From: Pristiophorus japonicus
Lineage: Eukaryota
DNA length: 64,000 nucleotides
NCBI RefSeq assembly: GCF_044704955.1
Contig: NC_091986.1
Location: forward strand, 100,192,001-100,256,000
Reading direction: 5' to 3'
The position numbers and the translations under genes are program-made. The notes beneath the pieces are model-generated. The model was not told the origin of the DNA and searched no databases. It worked only from the letters and a program-made list of their open reading frames with translations. Numbering within the stretch: position 1 is the first letter of the stretch; each line of letters begins with the position of its first letter. Positions 61,582 to 64,000 of the stretch are shown in pieces.

Positions 61582-62604
61582 ACCATTTCTCTGGCGCAGG
61601 TTATGGGCGAGCATTTTCTTTGTCGTCAGAGAACAATGTTAAACACGTGGGTGCCATGGATATTTCCCCCATATGTATATATGCATCTCATGATGTTGCG
61701 AGATGCAGGTGCATGGTCTCTTTACATGAAGTGACATTGAGGACTAGCAGAATTCCTTGTGGCAAGCAACATGAGTTGCCAAAATGGTTTTGAGTAAAGA
61801 TGGTGTTTGACTCTTTGCGAGGGTACCATCAAATTAGTTTCTCGAATACCCGGATGCTAAAAGAGAAAGAGTATGAGGTGAGTCAAGCCGTTTGAATAGG
61901 AGAGGATGTACCTTGGCCACCTTGTGAGATCGTCAAACCTCCTCCTGCACTGTGTGGCAGTTCTTGGGGTGGTGAAGGTTATACTGACCTCTGTCACCTC
62001 CCTCCAGATAGCCTGCATCACCCTCTTATGAGGCTTCCTGCCATCAGTGCCCAATAAACTTGCTCTTCTGTGCCTGACTTCTGCCCAAAGAACCTCCATG
62101 GATGCATCAGGGAATCTGGGAGTGTTTCAGCTATTGACACCCCTGAAGCTGCTGCAGCTGCTTCAGCCATTCTTGTACAAATCAAATCTTTACCCGGCTG
62201 CAGCCTTTTAAAGGCAGTACCAGTACTGTATTTCCTCCCACCCAGTAGCAATTAACTGATCAGAAATGGGGATCTTTGCTCCAAACTCCCCCTGTATGGC
62301 AAATGAGGGCGCCAGGTGGAAATTACAGCGGGTTAGTGACGGATTAACATTGGCAGGCGGTATTCCCACTTTGTTGCTAACTCGCCAATAGGAGGGAAAT
62401 TCCGGCCCGCGTCTCTGAAGCTGCAAACAAACAGAGCACTCCCACTACCACCTTTGATACTTCAGACGGGTTAATACCCTCAAAATTATTTTCCTATGTA
62501 GCCTTTTTATATTGTAGTCTGTATTTTGAACAAGATAGTTAAAATGCTGCAGATGTTCGTGATGAGAACCCTTTATCCTTGAATTATTCTGAAATAATTT
62601 CTGA

Positions 62605-62775
62605 CAGAATGTAGATATATAAAGCACATCTCATGCCTTCAGGGCACCTCAAACCTTTCCACAGAAAATTAATTACCTTTTGAAGTTCAGTCACTGTTGT
62701 TTTGTAGGCAAACCCAACAGCCAATTTGTACATGGCAAGGTCTCACAAACAGCAATGGGGATAAATGATCAGTTA
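62605..62775 (-). mobile_element. Deu-SINE 3' fragment
   Basis: Colinear with 28245-28410 (CAGCCAATTTG..CACAAACAGCAA). Confidence 0.65.
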
Positions 62776-63559
62776 GTGTCACGGAAATTCCAGCATGCCT
62801 GCTCCACCACTGGAAATTCGAATTGTTTCTATAATAGATGGCCAATCGGCAATGCCAGCTTTCTGCCCGGGCATCGTTAAGAATCTATTCCATGGAGTCC
62901 CCTTGTTCAGTTACTCAAAAACAGATGTTTGATTAGCATTATTCAATTTTTGCTTATAGCGCTAAGGTAAGCTGGCTTATATCAATGCTGATCTTAACTG
63001 CAAATGTTTGGGCACATTACAAAGGGCATTCTTTATGAATATGAGGAAAGGTACTTTACCGCTTTAACAGAGGGATGGGTGACAATCCCATGGATCTAAT
63101 ATTTGAGCTATTTCAGCTCAAGGATTATAATGAGTAAAGCACGATCATTAGAAAATGAAATTATTCCATGTGTTGAAGCTAGGTATGCAGTACTTTGTAG
63201 TAACTTTGTGTGTTAGCAGTAATGAAGCATGCAAGTATTTTTGGCAGTGCTCCTAAAATTCCTCTGGAGAGCAATCTGGTTTAGTGCACATTAAAAGACA
63301 GTCCTGGCATTAATGTTCAGCTTGTTAAGGATCAATTAATGGTCAACATGCAACTTTACTCATGTTTGCCTTTAGGCACACATGTCATTAATGATGCCCA
63401 CATTAAAAGTGGCATTGAAGCAGTGGAAAGATTTGACAACAGACCAACATAGAGCAGAGCAGGAAATGCTGTTTTAGCCTGTACAGCAGCAAAGGTGTAT
63501 TCCAAGTCTCAATTTTCTGGACACATTAGAGAAGGAGAAGCAGCAGGAGAGGAAGTGAA

Positions 63560-63710
63560 GCTGCTCCTGGACCATAGAAGGAGGACTACATTTCTTACTT
63601 CTACATCAGACAGTGAGTCTTCTGCAGACAACAGAGCTACCTTGACTTCACTGAGGAGGGTTTGCCTCTTCCAGGATGTCATAGAACTAGATCTGTGACA
63701 TCAACCTGTA
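63560..63710 (+). pseudogene. Harbinger transposase N-terminal remnant
   Basis: VFCRQQSYLDFTEE then, frameshifted, LFQDVIELDL; resembles the start of HARBI1-family transposases; stops present. Confidence 0.45.
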
Positions 63711-63805
63711 ATGGTAAAAGTGACTCAACTATTTTGCCATAGGATCTTTCGAGGCAGTAGCTAAAGATTAAGCAGGGAACAACTATTTAATGGTTCATCA
63801 CTGCA

Positions 63806-64000
63806 TATCATCATCATGGGCAGTCCCTCGGAATCGAGGAAGACTTGCTTCCACTCTTAAAATGAGTCCTTAGGTGGCTGAACAGTTCAATACGAGAGCC
63901 ACAGTCCCTATCAAAGGTGGGGCAGATAGTTGTTAAGGGTCAGAGAGGATGGGACAGATTTGCCGCATGTTCTTTCCGCTGCCTGCGCTTGATTTCTGCA
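63806..64000 (-). mobile_element. RTE LINE 3' end (cut by window edge)
   Basis: Near-identical to 61005-61200; (ATC)n tail. Confidence 0.92.

Larger units (their letters stand above)
57870..62170 (-). pseudogene. Harbinger Myb/SANT-like DNA-binding protein gene, three exons, disrupted
   Basis: Exon 1 MEVLWAEVRHRRASL..IWREVTEV..PRTATQCRRRFDDL (61912-62170); exon 2 KMLAHNLRQRNG..HEEELLDIIG; exon 3 from 60474 after TTGCAG, reading DTRDL|VFNRAMLREHQ across the inner element. Confidence 0.75.
57865..62408 (-). mobile_element. decayed Harbinger transposon (outer), left end not found
   Basis: Right terminus GAAATTCCGGCCC (to 62408); carries a spliced Myb/SANT gene remnant; hosts a Harbinger, an LTR and an RTE insertion. 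Confidence 0.72.

Noticed and set aside
61857-62170. Domesticated MSANTD/NAIF1-like host gene
   Set aside because: It is frameshifted, downstream exons contain stops and three TE insertions, and a transposon terminus lies about 240 bp upstream.
63495-63698. Host exon or intact HARBI1
   Set aside because: The transposase-like similarity is split across frames with stops, and no catalytic domain follows.

Overview
Vertebrate genomic DNA, almost certainly from a cartilaginous fish (shark), inferred from its repeat content: CR1 LINEs with (TTCTTATG)/(TTTCTATG)/(ATTCTATG) tails, SacSINE1/Deu-type SINEs, RTE LINEs and GC-rich PIF/Harbinger-type MITEs. By my rough tally about three-quarters of the window is transposable-element derived. 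I found no host protein-coding exon and no intact ORF of any kind; every recognisable coding segment is a disrupted TE gene. The main structures are: (1) a ~16 kb four-level CR1-in-CR1 nest (about 1.9-17.8 kb) with resolvable junctions and 5-bp TSDs, containing a full-length CR1; (2) an RTE copy with the junction geometry of twin-priming 5' inversion; (3) a 1.5 kb solo LTR with a 4-bp TSD; (4) a SINE>hAT>Tx1 nest; (5) a Harbinger inserted into the spliced Myb/SANT gene of another Harbinger; (6) an RTE-tailed non-coding retroposon. I see no evidence for a wholly new biological system; the RTE inversion is the most unusual signal. Family names come from motif recall, not database searches, and boundaries without TSDs are approximate.
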